Shown here: piece by piece, positions 26,743 to 41,348 of the stretch
How the letters are laid out: each line of letters begins with the position of its first letter
Numbering within the stretch: the stretch's first letter is position 1
From: Styela clava
Lineage: Eukaryota
Reading direction: 5' to 3'
NCBI RefSeq assembly: GCF_964204865.1
Contig: NC_135255.1
Location: 7,564,001 to 7,628,000 of the forward strand
DNA: 64,000 nt
Notes under the pieces: generated by a model
The model's database searches: none
Seen by the model: only the letters and a program-made list of their open reading frames with translations
Told to the model about the DNA's origin: nothing
Translations under genes and position numbers: made by a program

Positions 26743-29700
26743 TCAATGACACTCCGACAGCGAACATCCGTGTCTTGTTGGAGGCTTCTTTCCTTTGCAT
26801 TCTCCTTCGCCAAGAAGTCGTCCGTGTTGACTACGACAAATTACGTTACGGTATTTAATTCCTTTGCCACAAGATCGTGAACAAGCGCCCCATCGTCCTT
26901 CTATCCAATGTGGTTGTCCGACTTCTCGATCGCTATATCGTCGATCAACTACCATCGGACCGGATGGAGAATTTCTTTCTGTTTTAGTAATACCACCGGA
27001 TGGCGTATTATCAGGTAAACCGCTTCGTCTAGTTGTTGTTGTTGTTGTTGTCGAACAGGAGGCCACGCACGGAAGACGATCGTAAGGTTTTACTCTGGAT
27101 TCACATCTGCAAAAAAGGAATGTATTAAATACTTTGTATGATGTGGTACAGTGAAAACAAACAAAATAAAAAATTATTCGTATAATCCCCAATTGCGATG
27201 CTCTGTCGATAACACTCTTGATACGCGTCATCCGCAGTATGTCAAACTCGACATGATATACAAGCGACTTTCCTTATATGGGGACAAAACACAACATATT
27301 TTGACGTTTCACGTCATCCGATTGGCATGAAAATACAAACTATCGGCGTTTACCGCAGGCACGCTGTTTTGAAATCAGCTAAAATAACCGAAAATAAATT
27401 TATAAGGCACCGACAAGCGCTGTTTACGATAAATTCCGAATTATATTAAATTAGTATTGAACGCATAGTTTGTATTTAGTCTGAAAATTTTGTTATCGAT
27501 TTATACTAAAATCACCTAAATGCATTTGGAAAGATAAACTATTTACAACTTCAAACGTTTCACGTGATTCTTTAGGTCTACTATTTCTCCAGGAATGATA
27601 GTAAGTCCGTAACCAAAACAAACATGTTTTTATTGAATTTCCTATAAAACCATCGAATCGAACTCAATCAGGCTATGCTCTTGTTTACTTTAGAACAACA
27701 TCACATGGCCATCTATGGGATGCGTTTCAGACGATATATCAGTTGAAGTAATCTTGTCGTCAAAATATTTTTTCACCATTATTCATTTTTCAAATATATA
27801 TCTGACGATGTTTTGACACGTCTTTTCTTAGATCAGGGAACATGAAATTTAATCAAGAAGTGCGGAAATATGTTGTATGGCGGGGTCTAAAGTTGATTTC
27901 GTTACATGCTTTTGTAGTCTACAAAACACGTCACAGCTGAACGCCCTTTGTACTATGTTTGCGTCGGCTGTTACACAATATATACCTTTATATATTTGTA
28001 ACTTGACTCTCAAATAATATTTAAGAACTACAATGCAGGGATATTTAAAATTGGATGAAAACATACACATCGGCTCTATGCGTATCTGTCGCTTGGAGCA
28101 TACAGGAAATAAACAGCTGAAGCTTTTCAAACTTTTAAAATTTTTTCCTAGTTCAATGAATCTTTACATTGTTTAGTAAATTAATGGTTCTTACATTTTA
28201 TAATATTGTATTCCATTGAGAATTTTTCAATAGGATATTAGATACTATAGATGTATTGAAAATAATATGTTACAGCGATAATTGTTTTCGCCAAAGGAAA
28301 CGTGATCGTAACTGTTCATGTACCTAACCTGGCATGCGATTGTAAAGCGATTTAAAAGCACATCATTAACACAGATCTTGCATGATTGGAATGCAGTAAA
28401 ATGTTCGGATTTTCAGACGGATGTTCTTCAATACAACTACTTATCGTAAAGAGAAACTCGCACTTCTGGTAATCACAGGCTGTGCACTTGGATTTCCGCT
28501 ACCATTGTTAGCGTCTTGACCACGGAAACTAATTCCATTCAACCCAACTATGAATACATCAAAATGTAAAAACTCGATACATTTTTCCTTAAGGAAACTC
28601 GTTGTTATATTTCAAACTACTGGCGCTTAAAGGGTCGAGCACTTTCGCGACTGGTGATTTAAATCCATGACGCAATTGCGGTTCGCGAAATATTGAAAAG
28701 AGCGCCTTTACAGAGACATTTGCATTTCCTAAACGTTTTATGATAATTTCACTAGATAAAATACTTCGGTGTTGTTCATTATAAGAATACATAACCCGGG
28801 GCTATCCATGTTGAACTTTATTAAAAAAAAAAATGAAATAAAGCGACAAAACATTGTATTTTTGCAGGCTTCCATACAGAGCTTTTCGAACGCAATAAAT
28901 TGTATCCGCCTTATATATATTCGTTATCTTATTATATTAACATTGGCAATTATTGAATGGAAAATTTTTTCGCCGAAAAACAACAGGTTAACTTCCCGAA
29001 GTCTTCCATCTTCAAAGCGAAGGCGATCATATTAGACATTACATTTTCTTCCTGGAACGCTAATTCTAACCGGGATATTACTTTTAAAAATTGCCTCTAA
29101 TTATTCACTATCCTTTGCGTTTTAGGTGACGACTCAGCCATGGTGTTCTTAAACCGATCAGTACATTTTAGAAGAAAATTAGCTTTTTGAACGCTCGGCG
29201 AACACAATGAACGCTTTGTGTTGCCAACGTTAACCCGTGTCGCACATTCACCAGCCAATTTATTCAGGCGTGGCCGTTGCCGCGAGCAGAATGTCAATAT
29301 GTAGCGCCCACAACCACAGTCTTATAGCCAGTATGGCCTTACGCAAAATTGTAGATGATTGGTGCATTGGTACGATACGAGATTTTATCGAACCTAAATT
29401 TCATTTTTTCAAACGTTCGGAAATAATATCGTTATCGATTTTAAAGATATATTTAATATTGTTTGCACATCATCTTCCGGTTGACCACCCGACGAGCACA
29501 ATACGATATTGTTACTCATAGCGATATTTTGAAGTTTATGCAACAATCGGTTGTAAACTATCGTCCATTCACATAAACTCGGGATTATATCCAAGGTCGC
29601 AGGATTGTAAGACAAATTACACCACATCAACAGCTTATAGATCAATAGATGGTATGAAGGCTAGTGTGTCTGATAAAATTTCGTTTCGAATTTTATATTA

Positions 29701-32700
29701 TCGTCAGCACTTGGCGATGTAATGCGGATAATTAAATAAGAATAAATGTACAAAAAAACATCATCTTACCCAATAGCAGAGTATAATTTGTTGTTTCTAC
29801 AAGTAACTCGTCTTGTCTTCCATCCCGACCCACATGTTCCCTTCTTTGGTCTGCATTTTGACCATCTTCCAGTTACCCATGATAATTTTTCGGGTTTTGA
29901 ATATTTATCGTCAACAGGTTTTTTGATGCCATTTGTACGAGAAGGCTGTTGAATAAAAACATGGTTAGATATTGTGGCACTGACAATCGTATTATAAAAA
30001 TCGTGTTGCTAGCGCGTCATCCACAACATAAAAAAACTACGTTCTAACTTACCGTTTTGGTTTTGCGTGAGCGTCCAGTGGATTTTGGCTTAGACTTGTA
30101 GTAACTGTATTTGATTCTTGGAGGTAGAATTTTTCCTTTTGTTCCAACTCCCAGGGAAAGAACTTGGATTTGGATATCGCCAATTAGATTACCGGTAATG
30201 AGAATTTTTTCCATCACTGTTCCGACTCCACTATATCGTATTGTGGTACCTACAATTGAAAAATGAATTTTAATAATGGACAATTCGCCAAAATTCCATA
30301 AAAAAGTACTATCGGGGAAAAACAAATTGCTTACCATTTATGCTGATGTCTTTTTGATAAGTTGAAAGGGTGAGACCTCCGTTCAACAGATAGCGACCAG
30401 TCCAGTCTTTGATCGCGAGGTAGTTTCCGTCATGTACCTTGTTTCTGTATCCTCTTTGAACGATTTCAACGGTTGCCGCGCCCGATGGGATGGTAACAAC
30501 GTCATTATATCCGTATTGTCGTTTCTTGTAGTAACCTAAAAACAAAACATTCGTTTACTAATTACTGAATTATCAATAAACCAGAAAATCACGACGAACA
30601 AATGTGGCGTGAGCCTGTTTATTAATAAAAATGTTTTTCATCTTCTAATATCAGCGAGTGGGCATGTAGTCTCCATAAGGAGTGAAACAATTTATTTTCG
30701 AAACAGGAAATTGAAAGCGACGTTGTTAATATTCATGGAATGAAACGATTGAGAAATCCTATATTGGATATATGATATTGAATTCCAAATCAAAATATCT
30801 CAATACATTTCCATTATGATATGTTATATCACGGCTCGTCGTCTATTTTAAGATGGTAATGCTAACCTTTATGTGATATGTATGGACTAGAAAGCGTGAC
30901 CTTTGCTATAAAAAGAAGTGCAAACCGGTACATTTTGTATAAATATGGAATGGTTTAAAATACATAATTTGCATCCGCAAAAGATCCTTTCTGGTTGTAA
31001 TTTAATTTACTAAAAATCGTGTACGCTTTCTGCAACGAATATTTGCAAATTTTTGCTAGATTTAGTTACGCATGACGTCTTATATGGCTTCCGCACTCGA
31101 AAAGGCAGCATCAAAGACCCCGCGGAGAATTATTATCAAAACAATTTACGATAAATCAAGAACAAAAACAACGAGAAATACTCGACTTCAACCTCGGTAA
31201 TTACAGAGTCCTTTAGCGCATCCAGAGGGTAAATATTGTTTAGAGCAAAATAAGAGACTCAAGTGTAGGAATGCTGCAGCCGCAAGATTATTAAAGGTTA
31301 CAATGTTGATGTTCAGGGTCTTTTGTTTCTTTATTGGTTAAGGTTGGGAAGGGCTCGTATATCGGTACCCGGTACCTAGAGAGGTATTAGCAATTAAGAG
31401 ACTGATGTAATATTGCAGGAATGTGTACAAAATTTTATACCGAAAAACGTCTAAATTAAGTATCATATTTTACCCAAAGTAGACAAACGCACGATTTTCA
31501 ATTATTTTTATATGTATTTGTTTTAAAAACGGTGGGATAACGGTGTGTGCATACACAAACCATTTATCAATCGTCAGTTGCCTTTAGTTGATGACATGAG
31601 CATCAACCTAAACGTTTAGGTGACGCATTTCTACCGCGACCTTGGTTCGAAGGAATTTTTTCAAGGGTTTGTGAGTAAAATTGATATCGGAAAGAATTTT
31701 ATGAATTTCATTTTTGAGGCCCATAGCACGAAATAGTATGTTTGGATAAATAAACTTACTACTTAAAAAATATGGAACAATATATCTAGGATATATATAT
31801 TTATTTGAGTTACATAACAGGTTGAACGGTCTATCAGCGCTCACCACTGGGATTTAATGAAACAGTATACTAAGTAAAGAGTACTTATCTTTACTTTTTC
31901 TAAAAATAGTGTTTTTGCACACACAGATTTGCAGGAATTTGTTCTTACATACTATATTGCAGTATTATCCCTTAAGGATTTAGTTTCTGAGCCATGAAAT
32001 CCGCATTGGAGCCACACTGCTCCCAGGGAACATGTAGTTACAGGGGTTCAATGAGATATATGGAGGTTATTTCATAATTTATCAAAATAACTTAAATTTA
32101 TTTGAGTATAAATGTATCGTTCACTTGAAATTAAAGTGCTTGGCAAGAAGAGTGCGTCAATAAACAAACATGACAATATCGCTGGTATTTCGATTAAGAA
32201 ACAACTCGCATTTGCGGTTTGTTGGTAGTATAAATTTCTTATACCGTGATCATGTTTCGACGAAGATCGCATGATAGGAACCTAATACAGTAGTCAAGCT
32301 AAACTGTAGTGACTAAACTATCGTTTACAGGAGTTGATAGATGGATTGACTACACCCTCGAATCATTATGCATTCTAATATGTCTTGTCGTTCATCTTAG
32401 GTCGTGGGGTTGAATTTGAGTCGCGCGCAAGATGCCATATAAGGAACTGGGTCATAACCCGTAAAATAAGGGAGCGATGCCGTTGCAATCAAAACGTTTG
32501 GTCTCATGGAAAAGTGATATCTTACGATTTTTGCTAAATCGTTTGCGACACATCACACGGATCAGTGTAGGTCAAATTTACTAGTAATTTTGCACTTTGC
32601 AAGACAAAAGATGCGAAGCCGAACTTCGTGAGAGTTTAGGTTTTAGTACTCAATTGATACACGGCACTTCTAAAATCACGGCGCATCGAAATAACCAAAA

Positions 32701-35700
32701 ACAACTTGTCTGGTGAGTCTTTGGGGGGCTTGTGGTGTTGAAATGGTCATTTGACCCCACACTGCAATCACACACTTAAAACTTTGTTGTATAAACATCA
32801 CACATGATAGTTTCAGTGAGACATGAGCGATGAGTGACTTCCCTGAATGGACGCTTGATTTGCTTACCCTCTGACGTAAATCGTAGTATACCCAACACGC
32901 GCACAGGTACATTTCATGTAATCCCACCAAGTTATTCCCAATACCGCAAACTAGCAGGTGACTTCTCACGGTCTTACCTTTCACTCTCTTGCAATGCTTG
33001 TTCCCACCGCCACAAACTCCACATCTGTCGAATTTCGTTTTGGATCCCAATACACCATCACATCCAGCCTTCATGCATACACCTTGCACACAAATGTCAG
33101 TGGTATTTGGTCCGCACCTTAAGAATAAATGAACATGGTTATAAAATGTTAAAGTTTTATAACGCATTTTATTTCATTTTCAATAATTTTATTTGCTTAC
33201 CTAGTTCCATCAATGACTTTATTTCCAAGAATCACATACACGCCTGTTTGAACAGACTGACAGTTGAGTTTACATCTGTCGTTTCCGTTAACATCGGAAT
33301 ATTTTGGAATCCATTTGGTGGCTGTTTTGACTCCAAGGTGTGGAAATGTTTGTCCGTTGTAAGCTGCACACTGTTCGCTTCTGAAATCAGAAGGTCCAGA
33401 TGAAGAGCGTGATTCGGGGCATCCATCGGTGTTGCAGCTGCGAAAACGAAGTCGAGCTCCAATGCAGTATTTACCGCCGTTTTCAGGTGCCGGATTATTG
33501 CATTCTCGACTTGACATCTGCACACCACCACCACAAGATCTGGAAAAAAAAATTAAGAATTATTGATTTGCCATTTTTAATGAGTACTAGCACTTTATTT
33601 AATCAATATTTTGACTCACCGTGAACACGATCCGAATGTTCCCCATTGACCCCAATTTCCGTCTTTCGGCATGCGCAGTTGTTCAACTTTAACACATTTT
33701 CCTTGGAAGCAATGAAGCCCTCTTCCACATGAAGTTCCATCGGCACGTGGAAAATGACGTGTGTGACATTGATGACTAGAAATAAAAACAGTTATGTTAG
33801 TCCATGTATATCTACAAATCATGTATCAATCAAATTTTAATGTATGTCTATGTCTAATTGTTAGGATAAAATTAAGGTTAGAAATACTTACGCTCCACCA
33901 GGCGTGTGGCACCAGAGGCGACCGCATTCTTGCATAAAAGGACATTCGACTGCTCCTTTTCCGAATGACATGGCACATTGAGCATTGACGTCGTACATTT
34001 CGCCTGGTAGTTTTCCAGGATAGACCTAACAATAAAAAGAAAAACTTAATTGCTAATCAACAGAAGAGTGCTAAATTTTGGTCACCATTGTTTAAAAGTG
34101 AATATTCCAAAAAGCCGTGTTTTGAATGCAGCAACGCACAAAATCTAGAAGTATTTAAATAAAAGAACAAAGAGTTACGATAGTTTGCAGTTTAACAAGC
34201 TCATATGTACAGACTACATGTCTGTAAACTGTAATGTAACTTTACTGAAGGCGGTGTAATATCTTCTGCGCAAACAACATGAGGTCGGTGCGGTTTGAAA
34301 ACGCTCTGGCAGTATATTTTAAGGTTATCTTGCATTAAAATAGACACGAGGTGAGTGACCTCAAGCCTCTAAGAGAGTCTTCATGTGGTTTGGAATTTAT
34401 ATGGTCCTCACTTGGCTTACTTAATTACTATGCCTGAGGTTAATTTCTAAACGGATGTGTGTATATTATTAATACAAATGATGCCGGTTAGCTTGTCAAA
34501 CAAATTTCAAGGGCTAACAGCTGATTTACCGTAAAGATGGCCGCAACGTTTACAAGGAAGTAAGGAGGCCCTTGTGCATTAGCATATCATTGATTATGGG
34601 TGTTTATTTACAAACAGTTGGCAATTGAAATGCGTTCACGTACAAATTTTCTACTTAATTCTAATTTCTAGGGATTTTAGATTGCTACTTTGTGAGGGGA
34701 AATAGGTTAAAACATCAGATCTTATAATATAATGGCTCAGCCAATCTGTTAGCTTTATTTGCTTATGTGTTTGACAGACATGATAACGATATTGAGCTTA
34801 TCATGTTGAACAAAATTGCGGTTTATTAGATATTGCGAAACACTCTGCAATGTCGCATACGTTTTTCGGTTAGGAGTCGTCACATAAACATAATCAGACG
34901 TACTGTCTGGTAGATTGCAGCCACACAATAGATTTAATATTAGCAATAACTAGAAATTGTTAGCTTGTCAAACAACGTATTTATATCCAGACGTAAATCG
35001 GGTCAAATATAATTGGTAGAGATTTTTCATAATGTTCTCGAATTTACCTTGGTATCTCTGGGTCTGTCAAGCAAACACGATCCTCTTCCGCTTTCCAAGA
35101 AGTCCGTGATCGCTTCTTTTGAGCAAAGACTCCAGGGTTCGTCGCTATCCACGCGGTTCATTGTAGAACTCATGATATGCGTGTTGGGATTGATGTGACC
35201 AAAGTTGGCACGACACAGTCTGTTGTCGTCATGCATCATGTTGAGAACATGGCCGATCTGAAAATTAATTCACCTGTTCAAATTTCTGGACAAAATTTTT
35301 CTTAATTGTGTTATAGGAAATCCTGATGTTTTTACTATTCATTTCAATTGCTATGTACTAATTCCAAGTGTTGGAAGTGAAAAATCATAACGTACCTCGT
35401 GTGCTACTGTGTATGCCGCGGAAAGTCCATCGTCTTCAACCACGGCACAACTATGTTTGCTTGAGCACATTGCTCCCACGTCAGCCATACCTGAAAATAT
35501 AAAATATAAAATTTACTCAGGTGAAACATAAAAAAATATAGCGATATACCCAAAATTGTGATGACGAGTTAAAAAATTGTAACTTTATTTAGCTATGTGA
35601 CGTAATGTTTGTCACTGGTATCTCGACAAAACATCTTATTGTCAGGACGCACTTGAAATTCGCCGTCGACGGATGTGCTCGGTGCGTCATGCCCTTTTCC

Positions 35701-38700
35701 TGTTTGTTGTTGATAGTAATTTTTTACCTAAGATATTAGTATTATTTAAGAACCATTGTATTTGAACAATGAACAAATAGTGTTCTTTGGTTGAAATTCT
35801 TCGCCCTAACGATATGCAAAATGTCTTATCAAAAGGAGGAATAGTCTAGCTAATATTGTTGCCAATGCGAATTAGGCGACCGAAATATTTTTGTCGTACC
35901 AGCTGACGAAAAAAATGAAACCGTTGCAGTTAATATATCATAAAAACACGACGTTGAGTTGATTCGCAGTTCATGCGTGCCCCAGGGTATCCTAATGACA
36001 AAAGTAACTTTTTATCGCGCACGCACTCATGACAACTTTGTGATAAAATTTGACATATAGCACCACCTTGGATCTTCATCAAAGACAGATTTCAAATTAA
36101 TGTCGCCCGAGTAAATGATGATTGCTTTAACATGATAAGATATATTTTCAAACTTGAAACAGTAAAATAAAATTCTTTTAAATATTGTATCAAAAACGTT
36201 ATGCAGTTGAATTTAATATTTTGTTTCCGGCTTGGTTTAACATTTTGGGCAAGTAATCACGTTTATCCAATTAATCATGTAATTTGACGTTATGTTTTTT
36301 TTTCTGATAAACTCATGCACTTCGACAGCACAAGTGTGTATTCCTTATGAGCGTGACGGCTCTTAGGCAAATACCCCTTTAGTCGTCAATTTGATTACAC
36401 CTTACACTTAACGTTGCTAAAAATCGACTCGAAGTTCGGTGTTGCTTTACATTCGGCATAATATGCGACCATTCTATATGGCAGACTAAAATACAATCGG
36501 CGCGGGTCACTTGTCTTCCATGGGTGGCCTGTTGTTTTTGGCAAATGCATTTCCCATGAAGAAGGGAATAAAAATTGACGAAAAAGAACACGAGTTGCTT
36601 TAAAACCACTGAAGTGGACATGGACAGCTGACTAGTGGCAGTATTTTTTTTGGTGTGATCATACAGGATTTATCATGACGATGTTTAGTTTACTGGTCAC
36701 GGTTTTGATAAATGGGCTCAAGAATTGTCACAAAATATATTCAAAACACTGAATACAATTATAACATCTGGAATCTGGAGTTACTACGAGATTCACTATT
36801 ACAGCTAGTTGATCATCACAAAACTCAAAAGATTTTGACAGCAGCTTAAAATTTCAAAATAAAGACTTGCGTGCGAGAATTTGATATCACAAACGATACC
36901 ATATGTATGACTAGATCGTTTTATGGAAAATATCGGTAATTCGATCCACTAATTTTCTTCGATCGATATTTTCCCTCTAGGGACAAGTGTTCTAAAAATA
37001 GCTTATCGCGACAATTGCCGAGATGGCAGATTTGAGAGATATTCAAAACGTAAAAATAATTTTAGAATATCGAGAGAGTAGTTATTTTTATCCTCGTTGC
37101 TACTTTGTAGTTGTCATTTTTTGACACACATTACGTAATTGTCTTCAAATAGTGATTGAATATGACAATAGCATTAGAATACGAAGGCGTTTATCATTTT
37201 GAACGACGTTGAGGTTAATCATATACAAAACAACAACCGGTGTTTATAATATCCTGACTTATATCTTAAATAACCTTTACTTTCTAAGTTAACTCAAGTT
37301 GTTATGTACACTTTACACGCATTAGTGATCTTATGAAATCGTTATAAAGGGTTAACCGTAAAAGATAAGATTCGCCGCCATTAAATATGATTCATATTTT
37401 TGAAAACTTGAATTTGATTGACTCAAATGGCGGAATCGCCATATCTCGCAAATAAGTTTAGAACGAATGCAACAGTAAAATTAAACAGACTGTCAGTTTT
37501 TGAGATGCAAAAGTAAATACTCCCTTATCGACTGGATAGAGTAAAAAGATTAAATTTCAATTTTGGTTAGTGATTTATATCTATCCATTTATTTGTCATT
37601 TTGAGCTGAGGAATTGAATTCTTAATCACAAATATATATTCTATACCGAGGAATATCAGCCATCCCAATTGATCATATATTTGACGAATTTATTTGCGCA
37701 TCTAACTATTTGGACATGCCTTCAATCGGCGTGAGATTATCACACTTCGACATCTACGATAAGTCATCAATCTAAATATTTTTCTCGTTTAATATCGAGA
37801 TAATTTTAATATATTAGAAATATCACAATACTATTGCAAAGGGGGTCTGTCTCCCGAGGATTAAAGAAGGTCGAGCATAATTGTAGGGCAAATATAGTGC
37901 AAAGATATTGGTACAAGTCTGCAGCCAAGTAATCAAATACATATTGTGTTCTCTCCGAGCTTTATATAATTCTGGAACGCTGTCGAAGTAGTTTGTGTGA
38001 AGTAAATTTTATTATAAATATCTTTAAACGATGCGATTTTGTACGTTGTCATAACTATTAATATTCTTTTATAAATTGCTATCTTGCTCAATTCATTTAT
38101 GAGACCACTTGATTTTGTACCATCTTCGAAGAATCATAAGTGGCATTGATTGGACGACTACAAAGATTTTATATTGACGCGTAAATAGTGATATAATATT
38201 TACTTACGCCCTTTAACCGCGTCGAGATTGAATTTAGTTCTATTAAATAGCAGTTGGTTGACTTGCGCTCTTTTATCCAGTACTTAGTGGATGTGACCTA
38301 TTTTAACTTAGAATCAAAATCCAAAGCTCCTATACTTATAAACTTTAATTTGTACTTTTTTTCTATCAGGACTTTGACATCAATGCCAGGAATTTCTTAA
38401 TGAATGGAAATATTTTTGTTTGCAATACGTATGTATTCTAGGCTTTCTTGTTGGCAATACTCGGTCAAAGTTTTCATACTTTCAACCATATTGTATAACA
38501 AAACATTTAACCACAAAGAAAGTGAACTGAAACATCGCGGCTGTTTATGACTGCCATCCTGACGTGACTCCCACCGTGAAAGTTTTTACACTTGATAATC
38601 TAAGCAGAAAAACTTTGTTTGCGAAGCAACTGCTTGAAATTTTGCTTCGTTCCACTGCAATGAACTTATGAATCATTCGTGGTTGGCCTTTGTGAATTTT

Positions 38701-40836
38701 TGTGACCCTGTGCGCCATTTTGAAAAATTAATTACCGTAGATGAAAATGAGACAATCCGCGTAAAAATGTATGTCTGGCAAGGAACTTGATGTTTGAAAG
38801 AGCCATTGTTTTAATGGAATAGTTTACAATAACCAAGAGGAAAGATGTTACTTTTATCGCAAGACGGATAAATATATAAATAATTTTTTTATTAACAAGT
38901 TACATTCAGCTTAGAGAGCATTGAATGCTTTAAAAGATATCAGACGACCCTATGCGCTTAAAGGGTATAGCAGTGAGACCTCACGCGCAAAGCGTGCCCA
39001 CGAGGGCTTATTATTACAATAATACTGCAATAATATATGTAAAGGTAACGTAGATTCACTGAGGAAATATGCGGATGAAACTGATAAGCATGGAATATGT
39101 TGACATTACACTGTTTTTACAACTGAACTTATCATATACCTCGGGGCAATGAGACAGGAAATTGAATTTATAATCGAATTTATCATCAAATTGTATGCTC
39201 TTTTGGCAGAAAATTATCCTAGATTATGCTAAATTGATGTTATATTAAGGGCTAAATTCTTGGAAAATGTCGACTTTGGGTCAGTATTGATGCGAGATAC
39301 CACCTAACCCAAACGCTCAAGATAATGCCATGAATATAATACGCACAATGGTAATCTTCTTGTTGTTACTAATCTACTTGGCGCCGGAACAAGAAGAAGA
39401 TAACGATCTGGAAATGACTGGTAACATTTACATAATATCTCGCCATTCAATTTTGCATTTCCAATATCAATTAACCTAACATTACGTAATGTATTTAGCG
39501 TTGCTTTTAATAAATTTCTCACCTAGAGTATCACAAGTGTCTCCGCAAAGGTCTTTACGAGTAAGTAAGACTGCAAGATCGAAGTGATTCGGATCGTCAT
39601 CATCAGGTGTGTTGTGACGACTTTGCCAGTTGCAGAAATCTCGCAAAGTTTTCGCGGCATTCGTTGAAACAGGGAGGTCATTTCCAGCTTGCATAATCTG
39701 AAGGGGAAATATGCAATTCATATTCTTTGCTACTACTTTCTATACATGACAAAGATGCGTTCGTTAATATTTGATATACAAAAAGAACTTAAAACACACA
39801 CACACCTTGACTACACTGATTGTTACTGCATTCCCCAGACTTGGATGTGCAAAAACTCGATTTGCCACCATCATGATAGTAAGAATGTAATGTTCAAGGT
39901 CATCGCCATGGTGATCTGACATTGCTTTGTCGGCAACTACCATTGTTTCAATAAAGTGCTGTTTGGAGCTGAATCCTCTCTTCTGTCTCGACAAAATTTC
40001 TTCTTTTTCCATAACAGTTGGCTCGGCTTTGTTGATTTCGATGACCGATCTTTTGCTGCGAATCTAATAAAGAGAAATTATAATTTTTAATTGGGGCATC
40101 ATCTCCAGTATATATGCCAGGGATTTCATTTTATATAACTTACGTGTCTCACGAATTGGTCTACTGAGCTCATAAATGTTCGTGTGTATTTCTGGTGATT
40201 TCGTTGATCATTCACACCACACGCTTTCGCATCTGCTGATCTTGTTCTTCTGTTTCTGATGCTTCGCCTGTGAATACTGTGTTCTATAACTTCTCCGGTT
40301 TTGGATTTTTGTTGATCATTTGGTTCTATGAGGTAATCAAAATCTTCAGTACGGATTGCACCAGTTAATCCATCACATATACTAACAGTAACTTGTGAGC
40401 TGGGTTGATCCAATACTTTTCCTTTGTAAAAGCATCCGTGAACTCTTGATCCCTTTCTCGGTGCCTGACCGGAAGTAGAATTGTGGAAAGAATAAGTTGT
40501 TGTGTAAGCAGGAGATATTAAATCTTCATCTTGAAGAAGTTCAATAATCATTTCGCTACCAAATGCTTTAATTTTGTAATGTGGATTCTTAAATTCCTCA
40601 TCTTGGTGCTCCTTCGAAGTATCGTCGTTTTTTGTACGAAAATGAATTTTTCCACTATGTGTTTCCTTGTCGCCTCGTAACCGGACGGGCGTCGTGACGT
40701 CACTTACTGTCATGATGTTTTCGGGGTGGGCGCGTACTTCAACTTTATCATATTGTGCATGTGACGAAACCAGCGCCAAGTTGAAGAAAAGGGAAACGCA
40801 CAAAAGTCCAATGAATTCTCTAAATGAACGATTCAT
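26743..40836 (-). CDS. ADAMTS: ADAMTS metalloprotease (ADAMTS1/4/5/8/15-like: signal, prodomain, reprolysin, disintegrin-like, TSR1, Cys-rich, spacer, TSR2, TSR3), ~1045 aa, 13 exons
   Basis: Exons joined by GT-AG introns with consistent phases: 40836-40144, 40063-39806, 39697-39523, 35490-35396, 35257-35048, 34025-33892, 33775-33620, 33539-33201, 33117-32978, 30535-30335, 30249-30053, 29945-29770, 27106-26743 (3138 nt, one open frame). Motifs: hydrophobic signal peptide; prodomain CFYKG/ICDGL and CGV; furin site RQKR followed by FIETMVVAD; TLRDFCNWQ; [18 protein letters not shown]; zinc motif [13 protein letters not shown] with downstream Met-turn (HIMS); [20 protein letters not shown]; Cys-rich [22 protein letters not shown]; spacer [18 protein letters not shown]; two C-terminal TSRs. 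Confidence 0.95.
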
Positions 40837-41341
40837 GCTGTATTTGTGTTTGTCGTTAAATAATTAAATAAATAAGAGTCAGAATCAACATAAATTGATG
40901 ATTTTCCGTGTGTTATTCTTTGACAATAGGTTCTGTATCATCTCAAAATATATATTTTGTAGGAGTATACTATAATAGTATAAATAACTGTAAAATGAAC
41001 AATGGCACGGTGAAGGTGGCGATAAAAATATCTTTGCAGTGCTTTGAAGTGCTCTTGTAAAAACAAAGCATTCGGAACGGTTTTGTCTTAGATAAACACG
41101 CCATGGCACCGCCATGGTTTACAAAAAGCTTTCAACTAAAGAGTACTCAAGTCACACACGTCCTGACCTTGGCTTATTGGAATACTATTCTTCCGGTAAC
41201 GAGTAGATACATCAAAAGAAAAGAGTCTTTTCATTACCGAAATAATGTAACAAAATTAGAATTTCGAGTACTTTTGCGGTAAATGTCTGGCGAACGCCAT
41301 GAGGCGCATTACGTCACCGAGCGCCCTTTACCCTCAAAGTT

Positions 41342-41348
41342 CTTTATA
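41342..41348 (-). promoter_or_regulatory. Candidate TATA box for the ADAMTS gene
   Basis: TATAAAG on the minus strand ~500 bp upstream of the ATG, in a locally CpG-rich segment with a CRE-like TGACGTAA nearby (41309-41316). Position only. Confidence 0.25.

Noticed and set aside
32834-33624. Plus-strand ORFs of 189 and 74 aa
   Set aside because: Antisense shadows of ADAMTS exons.
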